A model generated the notes under the pieces. It saw only the letters and a list, made by a program, of their open reading frames with translations, did no database searches and was not told where the DNA came from. A program made the translations under genes and the position numbers. From an uncultured Desulfarculus sp. (GTDB lineage: Bacteria > Desulfobacterota > Desulfarculia > Desulfarculales > Desulfarculaceae): a stretch of 64,000 nucleotides of DNA. The DNA lies in NCBI GenBank assembly GCA_963665125.2, contig CAXXUK010000002.1, forward strand, positions 512,001-576,000, in the 5' to 3' direction. Shown piece by piece: positions 8,945 to 18,835 of the stretch (positions are counted from its first letter, which is position 1; each line of letters begins with the position of its first letter).

Positions 8945-11900
8945 TTAGAACATCCAGTTGAAGCCCAGGGACACATCCTGGGAGGTCATGTCGTCGCCCA
9001 GGAGCAGGCCGTATTGCAAAAAGGCGTTGGCGCGGTCGGTGATAACCGCCCGCACGCCAGCCTGCATCTGCAAGGCGTCCTGCGCCGGCTCCATGCCGTA
9101 CACCGTGAATCCCTGGCCCGGATAATCCCGGAACGAGGCCTCTATGCCCCTGGCGTCGTCGCTGAACAAATGCCGCCAACTCAGATCCAGGCGGGGCAGC
9201 AAGGCCCAGGCGTCCAGGTCAAAGCGGGCCGCCGCCCGGAATCCCAGTGCGGATGACCAATAGTCGGCATCGCGGTCCTTGATGTCCAGGTTCAGGAAAT
9301 CCGCGCCGGATTCCCTGAACCCGTCCTCGGACAGGCTCACATAGCCGACATCCAGGCGCGGTCCCATGATCCAGCGGCCGCATTGATAGTCCCAACCGCC
9401 GCCCAAGCGGCCCGACCAGGCGCTGGCGTCGAACGAGGCCCTGGCCGTGGCGCCGGCGTCGCTGAAGGACACGCCGCGGTCGCTGTCATTGTCAAAGCCT
9501 GAATAACTCAGCGAGGCGTCTAGGTAAAAAGCGCCCAGGTCGGCCATGGCGTAGAGCCCGCCCTGCATTGATTTCTGGGTGCAGTCGTCTCCGGTCCGGC
9601 TGAAATGAACATCGGTATTGCCCGCGGCAAAGGCCATGCCCAGCCGCAGCCAGGGCAGCACCGGGCCGTCGGCCCCCAACACGGCCCCGCCGCCGGATGC
9701 ATCGTAGCCCAGGTTTTCGGCATTGCCGCTTCGGCGGTTCCAGCTTCCCAGGGCCCTGGCCCACAAAGACCAGTCTCTTTGCAGAGGCTCCGCGGCGATG
9801 CCCTTGCCGGTTTCCTCGGCGGCCAGCTGCACGGGCCCGCCCTTGGTGCCCAGGTTGGCGCCCAGCTTCGCCGCCGTCCGTCCCCAGTCGGCCCGGTCTT
9901 GCATTATGCCGTCGAAAAGCCGTGTGTTTTGCAGGGCGGCCCAGCTCAGGCCGTCGTACATCTCGGGGTTGCAGGCCGCCAGGACATCCCGGATCTGATC
10001 GGCGTCGTATTGCCAGTCCATGACGTAGAAAAGAGCGGCCATGGCGTCTTCATTGGCTTGGGCCAGGGGCACGATGGCGTCCATGGCCCGGCCCACGCCG
10101 CGCTGGTTGGCGTTGACTCCGAAATCGCTGTAGGACTTGCGGGCCAGAACCACCGCAACTTCATTGGCTGAGTATTGCAGGCCCAGGCTCAAGACGGCCG
10201 ACTCGGCCAGGGTGCCGGCCGCGGTATCGAATTGCCCGGTTATGGTCTGGTCGGCGCTGAGGATGACCCAGGCCGTGTCTGAAGTATACAGTTCCTTGGG
10301 CATGTCCAGCGAAACGGTTCCGCCCTGGATGATGATGCTGGTGGCGTGGAGCAGGTCGCATGATCCGTCGGTTGATATCTCGCACTGATACACGGAGTTG
10401 GCTCCGTGGGTGTAGCTGCCGACGATGGTCATCGTGCCGATGGAGTTGCCCGGGGCCAGGACGCCGCCGGTGTTCGATATGTTGCCGTGGACGCTGCCGG
10501 AGCCGCTCATGGTGCCGCTGTTGTTCAAGCTGGCGACGCTGAGTATGCCGTTTACAATGAGGCTGCCCGAGTTGCTGGCTGCGCCGCCGACGCTGGCCGT
10601 GCCGCTGATGATGGCGCTGCCGCTGTTGGTGAATGTCCCTGCATTCAAGGAACCGCTCACGTTTAAATTGCCACTGTTGGCAACCGGGCCTGTCGAGGCC
10701 GCGCCGCTGATCGCCACGCTTCCGCTGTTACTGATGCTGGACGCGCTTAGGGAACCGCTGATGCCAAGGCTCCCCGTGTTAACCACTACACCGCTTATAT
10801 TGGTTGCGCCGCCAAAACTGGCATTGCCCGAGTTGTCCAGGCTGGCCGCGCTGAAGTTGCCCGAGGCCTTGAGCGTGCCCGTGTTGGTCGCCGCGCCGCT
10901 GAAGCTGGCATCGCCGTTGAAAGTGGCCGTACCGGCGTTTTTCAAGGTGGTGCTGTCAAGGCTGCTGTTCAGGACAAGAGTGCCGGTGCTGGTCACGGTC
11001 GATCCGAGGTTGAAAACCCAGGTGCCGGTGAGCGTTGTTTTGCCGTCCACGTATAAACCAAGGTTTTCGAAGTTTAGGTATTTTGTCGAAAAGTCGGCGG
11101 AGCTCATGACGCCCGAGACGCCGTAATACAAAGAGTCGTTGCCCGCTTGGCCGTCCACCACGTCGCCGACGCTGGAGTTGCCTTGAACACGGACCGTGTC
11201 GTCGCCGCTGCCCGAGTAGATGCCGCCGCCAACCCTTCCCGAGTTGATGATTGTGTTGCCGCTGGCGCTGGAGCCGGAGCCTTCGTTGTAGGTGCCGTAG
11301 ATGCCGCCGGACACCGTCCCGGAGTTGTTGATGTAGTTGCCGCCGCCGCTTGAGCCGGAGCCCTCGTTGTAGGTGCCGTAGATGCTGCCGGCCACCCTGC
11401 CGGAATTGTGGATGGTGTTGGACCCTCCGCTGGTGGATGCCCCAAAGTTGTACGTGCCGTAGATGCACTGGGTCACCGCGCCGCTGTTGTCGATGCGGTT
11501 GCCGCCGCCGCTGGAGCCCGCGCCGTCATTGCAGGTGCCGAAAATGTCGTGGGCCACCGCGCCGCTGTTGCCGATTGTGTTGCTGCCGCCGCTGGATGAG
11601 CCGCCTACGTTCCAGGTGCCGTCTATGTATCCGGTTGAGCCGGAGTTGGTGATGGTGTTGGACCCGCCGCTGGCGGCGGCGCCATCGTTGTAGCTGCCCA
11701 GGATGCTGTCGCCCACCGTTCCGGAGTTGTTGATCGTATTGCCGCCGCCGGTGGCGTTGTCCCCGGAGCTCCAGCTTCCGTAGACATCGGTGACCACGCT
11801 GCCGGTGTTGGTTATTGTATTGCCGCTGCCGCTGGACCCGTCGCCCAGGTTGTCGCTGGCCACTATGCCTTGGGCCGCGCCGGTGTTGTTGATGGTGTTG

Positions 11901-13636
11901 GAGCCGCCGGTGGTGTTGTCGCCGAAGTTTTCGCTGCCGAAAATGATGACGTTTTGGGACCCGCTGTTGTTGATGGTGTTGGAGCCGCCGCTGCTGTCAT
12001 CGGCCATATTAAAGCTGCCGAAGATGCCCAGGCCGCCCACCGTGCCGGAGTTTGTGATGGTGTTGGCGCCGCCGCTGGAATTGTCCCCGCTGTTCAGGCT
12101 TGCGTAAAGGGTGCCGCCCACCGTGCCGGAGTTTGTGATGGTGTTGCCGCCGCCGCTGGAATTGTCTCCGCTGTTCAGGCTTGCGTAAAGGGTACCGCCC
12201 ACCGCGCCGGAGTTTGTGATGGTGTTGCCGCCGCCGGAGCTATATGTCCCGCTGTTGCCACTACCGCAAAGTGCGTTGGTAACAGTGCCTGCATTGATAA
12301 TGGTGTTGGAGTCTCCCGAGGCATGGTCGCCGGTATTCGCGCTGCCCACAACCTCACCGGCCTGTCCGGTGTTGGTAATGGTGTTTTCGCCACCGGAAGC
12401 GTTGTTGCCTGAGTTTTTCGAGCCGTAGAGGAGTCCGGCGGTATTGCGGTTATCGATGGTATTGCCGCCGCCGCTGGTGTTCGTGCTCCGGTTGTCACTG
12501 CCGATTATCGAATTATTCACCGTGCCGGAGTTGGTAATGGTGTTGCCGCTGCCGCTGGAATATGGGTCATAGTTGAAACTTCCGATGATTTCGTCGCCCA
12601 CCGTTCCGGAGTTGTTGATGGTGTTGCCGCCGCCTACTGCGTTGTCGCCCTCGTTGAGGCTGCCGTAGATGTCCCTGTCCACCGTTCCGGAGTTGTTGAT
12701 GGTGTTGCCGCCGCCGCTGGATGCCTGGCCCTCGTTGTAGCTGCCGTAGATGTCCCTGTTCACCGTTCCGGAGTTGTTGATGGTGTTCTCGCCGCCGCTG
12801 TTGCCGCTTCTGTAGTTGAAGCTTCCGAAAATGCTATACCCCACCGCGCCGTTGTTGTTGATGGTGTTCTCGCCGCCGCTGGTGTCTGAGGCTTCGTTAC
12901 TACTGCCGTAGAGATATCTGGCAACCGTGCCCCCGGCTAGGTTGTTGATGTTGTTGCCACCGCCGCTGCTGCCGTCGCCAATGTTGTAGCTGCCATAGGT
13001 GTCCTCAGTGACCGTTCCGGAGTTGTTGATGGTGTTTTCGCCGCCGCTGCTGCCGTTGCCAGCGTTATGGCTGCCGTAGAGGTCCCCACCAACCGTGCCG
13101 TTGTTGTTGATGGCGTTTTCGCCGCCGGTGGTGCCGTTGCCGGAGTTGAAGCTGCCGAAAAGGTCGGTTGCCACTGTGCCGTGGTTGTTGATGGCGTTTT
13201 CGCCGCCGCTTGAGCCTTCGCCTTGGTTATCACTACCGTAGATATAACTAATAACCATGGCTCCGGACTGGTTATTGATTGTGTTGTCGCCGCCGCTGGA
13301 GTTGTCGCGTTCGTTGTAACTGCCGTAGATGGTTTCGTCCACTGTACCGGCGTTGTCGATTGTGTTGCCGCCGCCGTTATAGCCTGTTGCCGCCGTGTTG
13401 GGGTTGCCGTATACAGTGCCGCTTACCGTGGCCCCGGCATCGTTGGTGAGTTGGTCCGGATTGCCGCTGCCGGACCAGTTGCCCGCGCCGCTGTAATCCA
13501 GTGGATTGCCCGAAGCCGGGTTGGTGCCCACCGCGGCCATTGCCGGCACACTACAGGCCAGGCAAATCGCCAGATACATGCTGATAATGAAAATTGATGT
13601 CAGTTTGCCGTGTTGATGGCGGATTGTAGTGACCAC
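8945..13636 (-). CDS. Autotransporter (type Va) with Gly/Asn/Ser-rich repetitive passenger, probable adhesin
   Basis: Signal peptide ending AMA, tandem GGGNTINNSGTV repeats, LAPGNSIG linker, C-terminal beta-barrel ending in FNWMF. Confidence 0.9.
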   Translation of the reverse strand: MVTTIRHQHGKLTSIFIISMYLAICLACSVPAMAAVGTNPASGNPLDYSGAGNWSGSGNPDQLTNDAGATVSGTVYGNPNTAATGYNGGGNTIDNAGTVDETIYGSYNERDNSSGGDNTINNQSGAMVISYIYGSDNQGEGSSGGENAINNHGTVATDLFGSFNSGNGTTGGENAINNNGTVGGDLYGSHNAGNGSSGGENTINNSGTVTEDTYGSYNIGDGSSGGGNNINNLAGGTVARYLYGSSNEASDTSGGENTINNNGAVGYSIFGSFNYRSGNSGGENTINNSGTVNRDIYGSYNEGQASSGGGNTINNSGTVDRDIYGSLNEGDNAVGGGNTINNSGTVGDEIIGSFNYDPYSSGSGNTITNSGTVNNSIIGSDNRSTNTSGGGNTIDNRNTAGLLYGSKNSGNNASGGENTITNTGQAGEVVGSANTGDHASGDSNTIINAGTVTNALCGSGNSGTYSSGGGNTITNSGAVGGTLYASLNSGDNSSGGGNTITNSGTVGGTLYASLNSGDNSSGGANTITNSGTVGGLGIFGSFNMADDSSGGSNTINNSGSQNVIIFGSENFGDNTTGGSNTINNTGAAQGIVASDNLGDGSSGSGNTITNTGSVVTDVYGSWSSGDNATGGGNTINNSGTVGDSILGSYNDGAAASGGSNTITNSGSTGYIDGTWNVGGSSSGGSNTIGNSGAVAHDIFGTCNDGAGSSGGGNRIDNSGAVTQCIYGTYNFGASTSGGSNTIHNSGRVAGSIYGTYNEGSGSSGGGNYINNSGTVSGGIYGTYNEGSGSSASGNTIINSGRVGGGIYSGSGDDTVRVQGNSSVGDVVDGQAGNDSLYYGVSGVMSSADFSTKYLNFENLGLYVDGKTTLTGTWVFNLGSTVTSTGTLVLNSSLDSTTLKNAGTATFNGDASFSGAATNTGTLKASGNFSAASLDNSGNASFGGATNISGVVVNTGSLGISGSLSASSISNSGSVAISGAASTGPVANSGNLNVSGSLNAGTFTNSGSAIISGTASVGGAASNSGSLIVNGILSVASLNNSGTMSGSGSVHGNISNTGGVLAPGNSIGTMTIVGSYTHGANSVYQCEISTDGSCDLLHATSIIIQGGTVSLDMPKELYTSDTAWVILSADQTITGQFDTAAGTLAESAVLSLGLQYSANEVAVVLARKSYSDFGVNANQRGVGRAMDAIVPLAQANEDAMAALFYVMDWQYDADQIRDVLAACNPEMYDGLSWAALQNTRLFDGIMQDRADWGRTAAKLGANLGTKGGPVQLAAEETGKGIAAEPLQRDWSLWARALGSWNRRSGNAENLGYDASGGGAVLGADGPVLPWLRLGMAFAAGNTDVHFSRTGDDCTQKSMQGGLYAMADLGAFYLDASLSYSGFDNDSDRGVSFSDAGATARASFDASAWSGRLGGGWDYQCGRWIMGPRLDVGYVSLSEDGFRESGADFLNLDIKDRDADYWSSALGFRAAARFDLDAWALLPRLDLSWRHLFSDDARGIEASFRDYPGQGFTVYGMEPAQDALQMQAGVRAVITDRANAFLQYGLLLGDDMTSQDVSLGFNWMF
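11220..13390 (-). repeat. Intragenic tandem repeat array, ~75-nt (25-aa) unit, roughly 28-30 copies
   Basis: Unit consensus GGxNTINNSGTVxxxIYGSxNxGxxSS; near-identical adjacent DNA copies at about 12035-12230, 12600-12800 and 11215-11400. Confidence 0.85.
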
Positions 13637-13967
13637 TGTTGCCCCCTGGCAGGAGTTTGTTCGCCTTTTAGCCTAGTTGGAACGAATAGACAGACGATCA
13701 TGGAATCAACAAAATGAGTAGAGAATATTCTCCCTAATACCCCAAATCAATAATTTTATTTAATAAAGCTATAATTTTCATTTAAAAAACCGATTTAAGC
13801 AAAGTGGGTTTTCTATTTTAACAAGGGCCGCCCGATAATGTGGATGCCTGGAATAGGTCAGCTTGTTTAGCTTATAATGGCGGCATGGGAGATGCCACAA
13901 CGGAACCGCAAAGGGTGTCCTTAATCTATCCTTCCCGCGCCGGGCGGGAGAAACGCGCTTTACGTCT

Positions 13968-14813
13968 ATGAGAAAATTCGCCGTATTGCAGTTGTCGGGC
14001 TGCGCCGGGTGCGAAGTCAGCCTGCTGGACTCCGAGGCCTGGATAAACCGCTACAAGCTGGAATACATGCCCCTGGTCATCTCCAGCCACGACGTTCCCG
14101 AGGTGGATGTTCTACTGATCAGCGGCGGGGTGCGCACCGAGCAAGACCTGTACAACCTGCGCCGGGCCGTCAAGAGCGCTCCGGAAGTGGTGGCCGTGGG
14201 AACTTGCGCCATATCCGGCGGTGTGGCCTCCCTAGGCGACCGCAAGGAACTGCGCAAGCTTTTCCTGGAAGAGCACAGGCCCTACAAGGTGCCGCACCTG
14301 CTGCCCGAATGCCGCCCGGTGGACGCCTTTGTAAACGTCGACCGCTATCTACCCGGCTGCCCGCCCACGCCGGAGTTGTTCATGCGGGTGATCTCCGGCG
14401 AGGAGTATCCGCCCAACAACAAGGTGCTGTGCCTGGAATGCGGCCGCAAAAAGAAAAAGGAAGTGCGGCCCAGCAAACTGGCCGGATTCCGCCAGGGCGA
14501 GGTGGATTCGGACCTGTGCCTGGTCAAGGCCGGGTTTTTGTGCATCGGCTCATCCACGCGCAGCGGCTGCGGGGCAATCTGCCCCAAGGCCGGCTTCCCT
14601 TGCGTGGGTTGCCGGGGGCCGGCCGACGGCTTTATCGGCAAGGACTCTGCATCCTGGTTTGAAAGCATCAAAAAGGTGTTCCACGCCCTGACCGACATAC
14701 CGGATGAAGAAATCGACGCGGGCCTGCGCTCGGCCCAGATGTCTCTGTTCCTGTTCCAATTTTCCGATTACGCCGAAGATGGGGCCGCCCGGCCCAAGGA
14801 AAAGATGGTGTAG
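13968..14813 (+). CDS. mvhG: Cytoplasmic [NiFe]-hydrogenase small subunit (group 3, MvhG/VhuG-like)
   Basis: [18 protein letters not shown] and C-terminal CLEC..CL..CIG..GCGAICP..PCVGCRGP Fe-S motifs; no Tat signal. Confidence 0.8.
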   Translation: MRKFAVLQLSGCAGCEVSLLDSEAWINRYKLEYMPLVISSHDVPEVDVLLISGGVRTEQDLYNLRRAVKSAPEVVAVGTCAISGGVASLGDRKELRKLFLEEHRPYKVPHLLPECRPVDAFVNVDRYLPGCPPTPELFMRVISGEEYPPNNKVLCLECGRKKKKEVRPSKLAGFRQGEVDSDLCLVKAGFLCIGSSTRSGCGAICPKAGFPCVGCRGPADGFIGKDSASWFESIKKVFHALTDIPDEEIDAGLRSAQMSLFLFQFSDYAEDGAARPKEKMV

Positions 14814-14814
14814 C

Positions 14815-16128
14815 ATGGCCACCCTGACCTTCCCCCTGAGCCGCATCGAGGGCCACGCCCAGGTAGTCATTGAGGTCCACAACGGCAAGGTGGCTTCGGC
14901 TCACTTCCAGGCCACGGAATTCCGGGGCTTTCAGCATTTTGTGCGCGGCGTGCCGGCCGAGGAGATGGTGGTCATCGTGCCGCGGATCTGCGGGGTCTGC
15001 TCCACGGCTCACCACGTTGCCGCCGTCAAGGCCCTGGAGGATGCCTTTGGCGTCAAGCCGCCGCCCCTGGCCGAAATGATCCGTGAGCTGCTGCTGTTGG
15101 GCCAGATGATCCAGAACCAGGCCACCAGCCTGTTTCTGTTCACCATGCCCGACCGCCTGGGCACCGACAGCCTGTTCCAGGACGCCGCCGGGGCTGACGA
15201 GGCCCACAAGGCGGGGCTGATCACCCGCCGCGCCCTGGAGGTCCGCAAGGCGGGCACGGATTTGATCAAGGCCGCTGGCGGGCAGTTCGTCCATCCTGTC
15301 AAGGCCGTGGTGGGCGGGGTGACCAGCGGAATGGACGACGAAACCATCGCCGAGGTGCGTCAGGAGATACTCAAGGCCCTGCCCCTGGCCTGCGAGTTGC
15401 TCGAATATTATTTCCAAAAATCCGAGGAACTTCGCAAACGCGTGGGGGCCTGGGGCGATGACCAGCCGGCCTGCTTCCTGGCGGCCGTGGAAGACACTCT
15501 ACCCGACTACAGCGGCGGCGACCTGCGGGTCATGGGCCTGGACGGCCGCATAGCCGCCGAATTTCCGGCCTGGGATTTCCGATCGTACCTCACCCACGAG
15601 GAAACCGACTACAGCTATGCCGGGCGCACCAGCTTTCAGGGGCAGGTGATCCAGGCCAACAGCCTGGCCCGGATCAATCTGGCCGAAAAAATGGGCACGC
15701 CCCTCGCCGACAAGCACTTGGAGGATTTCCGCCTGGCCTACGGCAGGCCGGCCTACGGCATCTATCTCTACGATCTGGCCCGGGGCGTCGAGCTGGTCTA
15801 CAGTCTGGAACGGGCCCTGGAGGTCCTGGCATGGCTGCCCACCGGCGGCGAGACCCAGGTGGCCTACGATGTCCGCGACGGCCAAGGCTATGGCGTGGTG
15901 GAGGCCCCCAGGGGGCCGCTGATCCACTATTACGACATCAAGGACGGCGTGATAGCCGAGGCCGAGTTCGTCATTCCCACGGTGCACAACGTCAGGGCCA
16001 TGGAGCGGGCCCTGCGGATCGAGGGCCAACGCCACATCAACGGCGGAAGCATCGACCTGGAGCTGGAAAACGCTGTGGGCCGGGTGGTGCGGGCCTTTGA
16101 CCCGTGCATCGCCTGCGCGACTCATTAA
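14815..16128 (+). CDS. mvhA: Cytoplasmic [NiFe]-hydrogenase large subunit (group 3, MvhA-like)
   Basis: RIEGH, L1 RICGVC, EAPRG and L2 DPCIACATH; ATG begins 2 nt after the small-subunit stop. Confidence 0.85.
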   Translation: MATLTFPLSRIEGHAQVVIEVHNGKVASAHFQATEFRGFQHFVRGVPAEEMVVIVPRICGVCSTAHHVAAVKALEDAFGVKPPPLAEMIRELLLLGQMIQNQATSLFLFTMPDRLGTDSLFQDAAGADEAHKAGLITRRALEVRKAGTDLIKAAGGQFVHPVKAVVGGVTSGMDDETIAEVRQEILKALPLACELLEYYFQKSEELRKRVGAWGDDQPACFLAAVEDTLPDYSGGDLRVMGLDGRIAAEFPAWDFRSYLTHEETDYSYAGRTSFQGQVIQANSLARINLAEKMGTPLADKHLEDFRLAYGRPAYGIYLYDLARGVELVYSLERALEVLAWLPTGGETQVAYDVRDGQGYGVVEAPRGPLIHYYDIKDGVIAEAEFVIPTVHNVRAMERALRIEGQRHINGGSIDLELENAVGRVVRAFDPCIACATH

Positions 16129-16278
16129 TTGCCGCCAAAGACCGTCCTGGACTTTGACGGCAAGCGCTTGTAATTCCGCGGCATCCCGTTATATAAGATC
16201 GTCTATCCACTTGCGCGCCAAGGCTCGTGAAAAGGCCCTGGTTTGATCTTTGCCTAAAACAAGGGAAATGCGCCGCCC

Positions 16279-17880
16279 ATGAGTCAAAGCGTCAGAGACA
16301 TATTCGCCGAAAAGGCCCTGGCCGACATCCCCAAGATCCTCACCCTGATGGACCGCAACCGGCACAGCCCCACCTACGGCTGCTTTGACCGCAGCCACTG
16401 GCACTACAAGATCATCGACTTTCCCAGCGGCATGAGCCAGGAATGCGTCTATCCCCTGGCCCTGTGTTACGCCCTGGATATGCCGGGCAACGAGTATTAC
16501 CAACAGCCCGCCGTCAAACAATGGGTGGAGGCGGGCATCCGTTTCGCGGCCCGCAGCGCCCATGCCGACGGCTCCTGCGACGACTACTTCCCCTTTGAAA
16601 AGGCCCTGGGCGCGGCGTCGTTCACCCTGTTGGCCTTTGTGGAAAGCATGGAGCTGTTGGACATCAAGGACCCCGATCTGCTGCGGTTCATCGAACAGCG
16701 GGCCGATTGGCTGGCCGACAGGGAAGAATCGGGGCGTCTGTCCAACCACCAGGCCCTGGTGGCCCTGGGCCTGCTCAAGGCCTCGGCACTTTTGGGCACC
16801 AACCGCTTTGAAACGGCCATCAAGCGCAGGGTGGGGCAGCTTTTATCCTGGCAGGACCCTGAAGGCTGGTTCCCTGAATACGACGGCTGCGACCCCGGCT
16901 ATCAGACCCTGACAATTTCGCTTCTGGCCGAACTGGATCTGCTTCGGTCCGACCTGGGCATCAGGGAGCCCCTGAGCCGGGCCATAGATTTCACCCTCAA
17001 CTTCATGCACCCCGACGGCAGCTTTGGCGGCGAGTATTGCAGCCGCAACACCTACAATTACTTCCCCCATGGTTTCGAGTTGGCCGGGCAGTGGCACATG
17101 GGCGCCCTGGACATGAACAGCGCCCATGGCGCGGCCCTGCAAAAGGGCCTGGGCGCCTGCTTCAGCGACGATCACGTCCTGAGCCATCATGTAGTCAACT
17201 ACCTGCTGGCCTGGCGGGACTGGGTCGAGCAACGCCCCGAACCGGCCCCGCGCCTCCAAGGCCGGATGTGGTACCCCAACGCCAAGCTGCTCATCGAACG
17301 CCGGGAAGGCTATGAACTGTATGCGGGCCTGAACAAGGGCGGCGTGTTCAAGCTGTTCAAGGACGGCCAACTGGTGGCCAGCGACACCCAGTTTTCGGTC
17401 ATCGAAAAGCAGGGCAAAAAGACCCGCAACGCCGTGGGCCATCTTTTTGATGAATACAAACTCGACTTTCAAGACGACGGCGTCACCATCAGCGGCAGCC
17501 TTGGCTGGGCCAAGCAGGGACTGATGACCACCATCAAGCTGCTGATCCTGCGCTCGGGCATGATCACCGTGGGCGGCCTGGCCCCTGACCTGGTGCGCAA
17601 GGTCCTGCAACGCATGCTCATCGTGGGCAAACAGGACTCGCCGTACAGCTTCAAACGCACCCTGCGTTTCGAGGGCGGCGCATGGCTGGTGATCGACGAA
17701 CTCAACTGCCCGGACTGGTCCAAGGTGGAGCAGGTGGCCCTGGGCCCGGATCAGACCTCAATCTACATCGCCATGAGCCGGACCTATCAACGGGGTCAGC
17801 TCCAGGACTGGCTACAGGTCATCCCCGGCCGTCCCAAGCCCCAAAACGGTCAAAGCCTGATTGTCGAGAGAAGTTTCTAG
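16279..17880 (+). CDS. Conserved hypothetical protein, 533 aa (possible alpha/alpha-toroid glycan-modifying enzyme)
   Basis: Long ORF with host-like codon usage; QDPEGWFPEY and HPDGSFGG resemble alpha-toroid repeats; coupled to the next gene. Confidence 0.65.
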   Translation: MSQSVRDIFAEKALADIPKILTLMDRNRHSPTYGCFDRSHWHYKIIDFPSGMSQECVYPLALCYALDMPGNEYYQQPAVKQWVEAGIRFAARSAHADGSCDDYFPFEKALGAASFTLLAFVESMELLDIKDPDLLRFIEQRADWLADREESGRLSNHQALVALGLLKASALLGTNRFETAIKRRVGQLLSWQDPEGWFPEYDGCDPGYQTLTISLLAELDLLRSDLGIREPLSRAIDFTLNFMHPDGSFGGEYCSRNTYNYFPHGFELAGQWHMGALDMNSAHGAALQKGLGACFSDDHVLSHHVVNYLLAWRDWVEQRPEPAPRLQGRMWYPNAKLLIERREGYELYAGLNKGGVFKLFKDGQLVASDTQFSVIEKQGKKTRNAVGHLFDEYKLDFQDDGVTISGSLGWAKQGLMTTIKLLILRSGMITVGGLAPDLVRKVLQRMLIVGKQDSPYSFKRTLRFEGGAWLVIDELNCPDWSKVEQVALGPDQTSIYIAMSRTYQRGQLQDWLQVIPGRPKPQNGQSLIVERSF

Positions 17881-17881
17881 C

Positions 17882-18835
17882 ATGAGCCTCAAACGCCTGA
17901 TCACCATCGGCATAAGCATCGCCATCCTGGCGGCCATCTACAGCCTCATCGATATGGGCAATTTCCGCAGTGTGGTGGCAGGGTGTAATGTCTGGCTGCT
18001 CGTCGGCGGCTTGGCCCTGGTCGTTCCCATCACAATAGTGACGGCTTGGCGCTTTTTGATGTTGGTGCCCCGGCAGGCGGGCATCGGCCTGTGCGAGGCC
18101 TTGAAGCTGGTCCTGGCGGCCAGCACCCTGAACCTGGTGCTGCCCTCCAAGATGGGGGATCTGTCCAAGGCCTATTTCATGCGCAACAAGGGCCACATGG
18201 AGGGACCGGCGGCCCTGAGCGTGGTGATGTTCGAAAAACTCTGCGACGTGCTGTCGCTGCTCACATGGTGCCTAGTGGGGCTGTTGGTCCTGCAAAGCGA
18301 TGACGCCCTTATCCAGGGCCTGGGCGCGGCGGCCGGCTGCCTGTGGCTGGCCGGAGTGCTGCTGCTGGTCAGCAGGCGCATCGCGGCTTTGGCCTTTTGG
18401 CTGGCCAAGCTGATCCCCTGGGGCAAACTGCGGGGCTTCGTGGCCAAGACGGAGGCCTCGTGGAGCGACATGCAGCAGCAGATCAGCCGCTCGCCGGGGG
18501 CCAGTTTCAAGGTCGGCCTGACCTCCCTGGGTTTGTGGCTGATGCATTTGTTCCAGATATGGATCTTCATCCTGGCCCTGAACGCCCAGGTGCCCCTGGT
18601 CATCAGCTTCAGTCTCAGCGCCCTGGCCATCTTCGCCGGGCTGCTGCCCCTGTCGTTCGCCGGGATAGGCACCAGGGACGCGGCGCTTATCTATTTCTAT
18701 GCGGCGTACTTCGGCCCGGCCACCGGCGCGGCCCTGGGCATTCTGTGCACCATGCGCTACATCATGCCGGCCCTGGCCGGGTGGCCGTTTTTTGGCGGGT
18801 ACATGCAAAAGACGCCGGGGGCGGATACGGACTAA
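17882..18835 (+). CDS. Lysylphosphatidylglycerol synthase TM domain / flippase-like membrane protein (UPF0104)
   Basis: AWRF, NLVLPSKMGDL, EKLCD and PLSFAGIGTRD motifs; multiple TM segments. Confidence 0.85.
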   Translation: MSLKRLITIGISIAILAAIYSLIDMGNFRSVVAGCNVWLLVGGLALVVPITIVTAWRFLMLVPRQAGIGLCEALKLVLAASTLNLVLPSKMGDLSKAYFMRNKGHMEGPAALSVVMFEKLCDVLSLLTWCLVGLLVLQSDDALIQGLGAAAGCLWLAGVLLLVSRRIAALAFWLAKLIPWGKLRGFVAKTEASWSDMQQQISRSPGASFKVGLTSLGLWLMHLFQIWIFILALNAQVPLVISFSLSALAIFAGLLPLSFAGIGTRDAALIYFYAAYFGPATGAALGILCTMRYIMPALAGWPFFGGYMQKTPGADTD

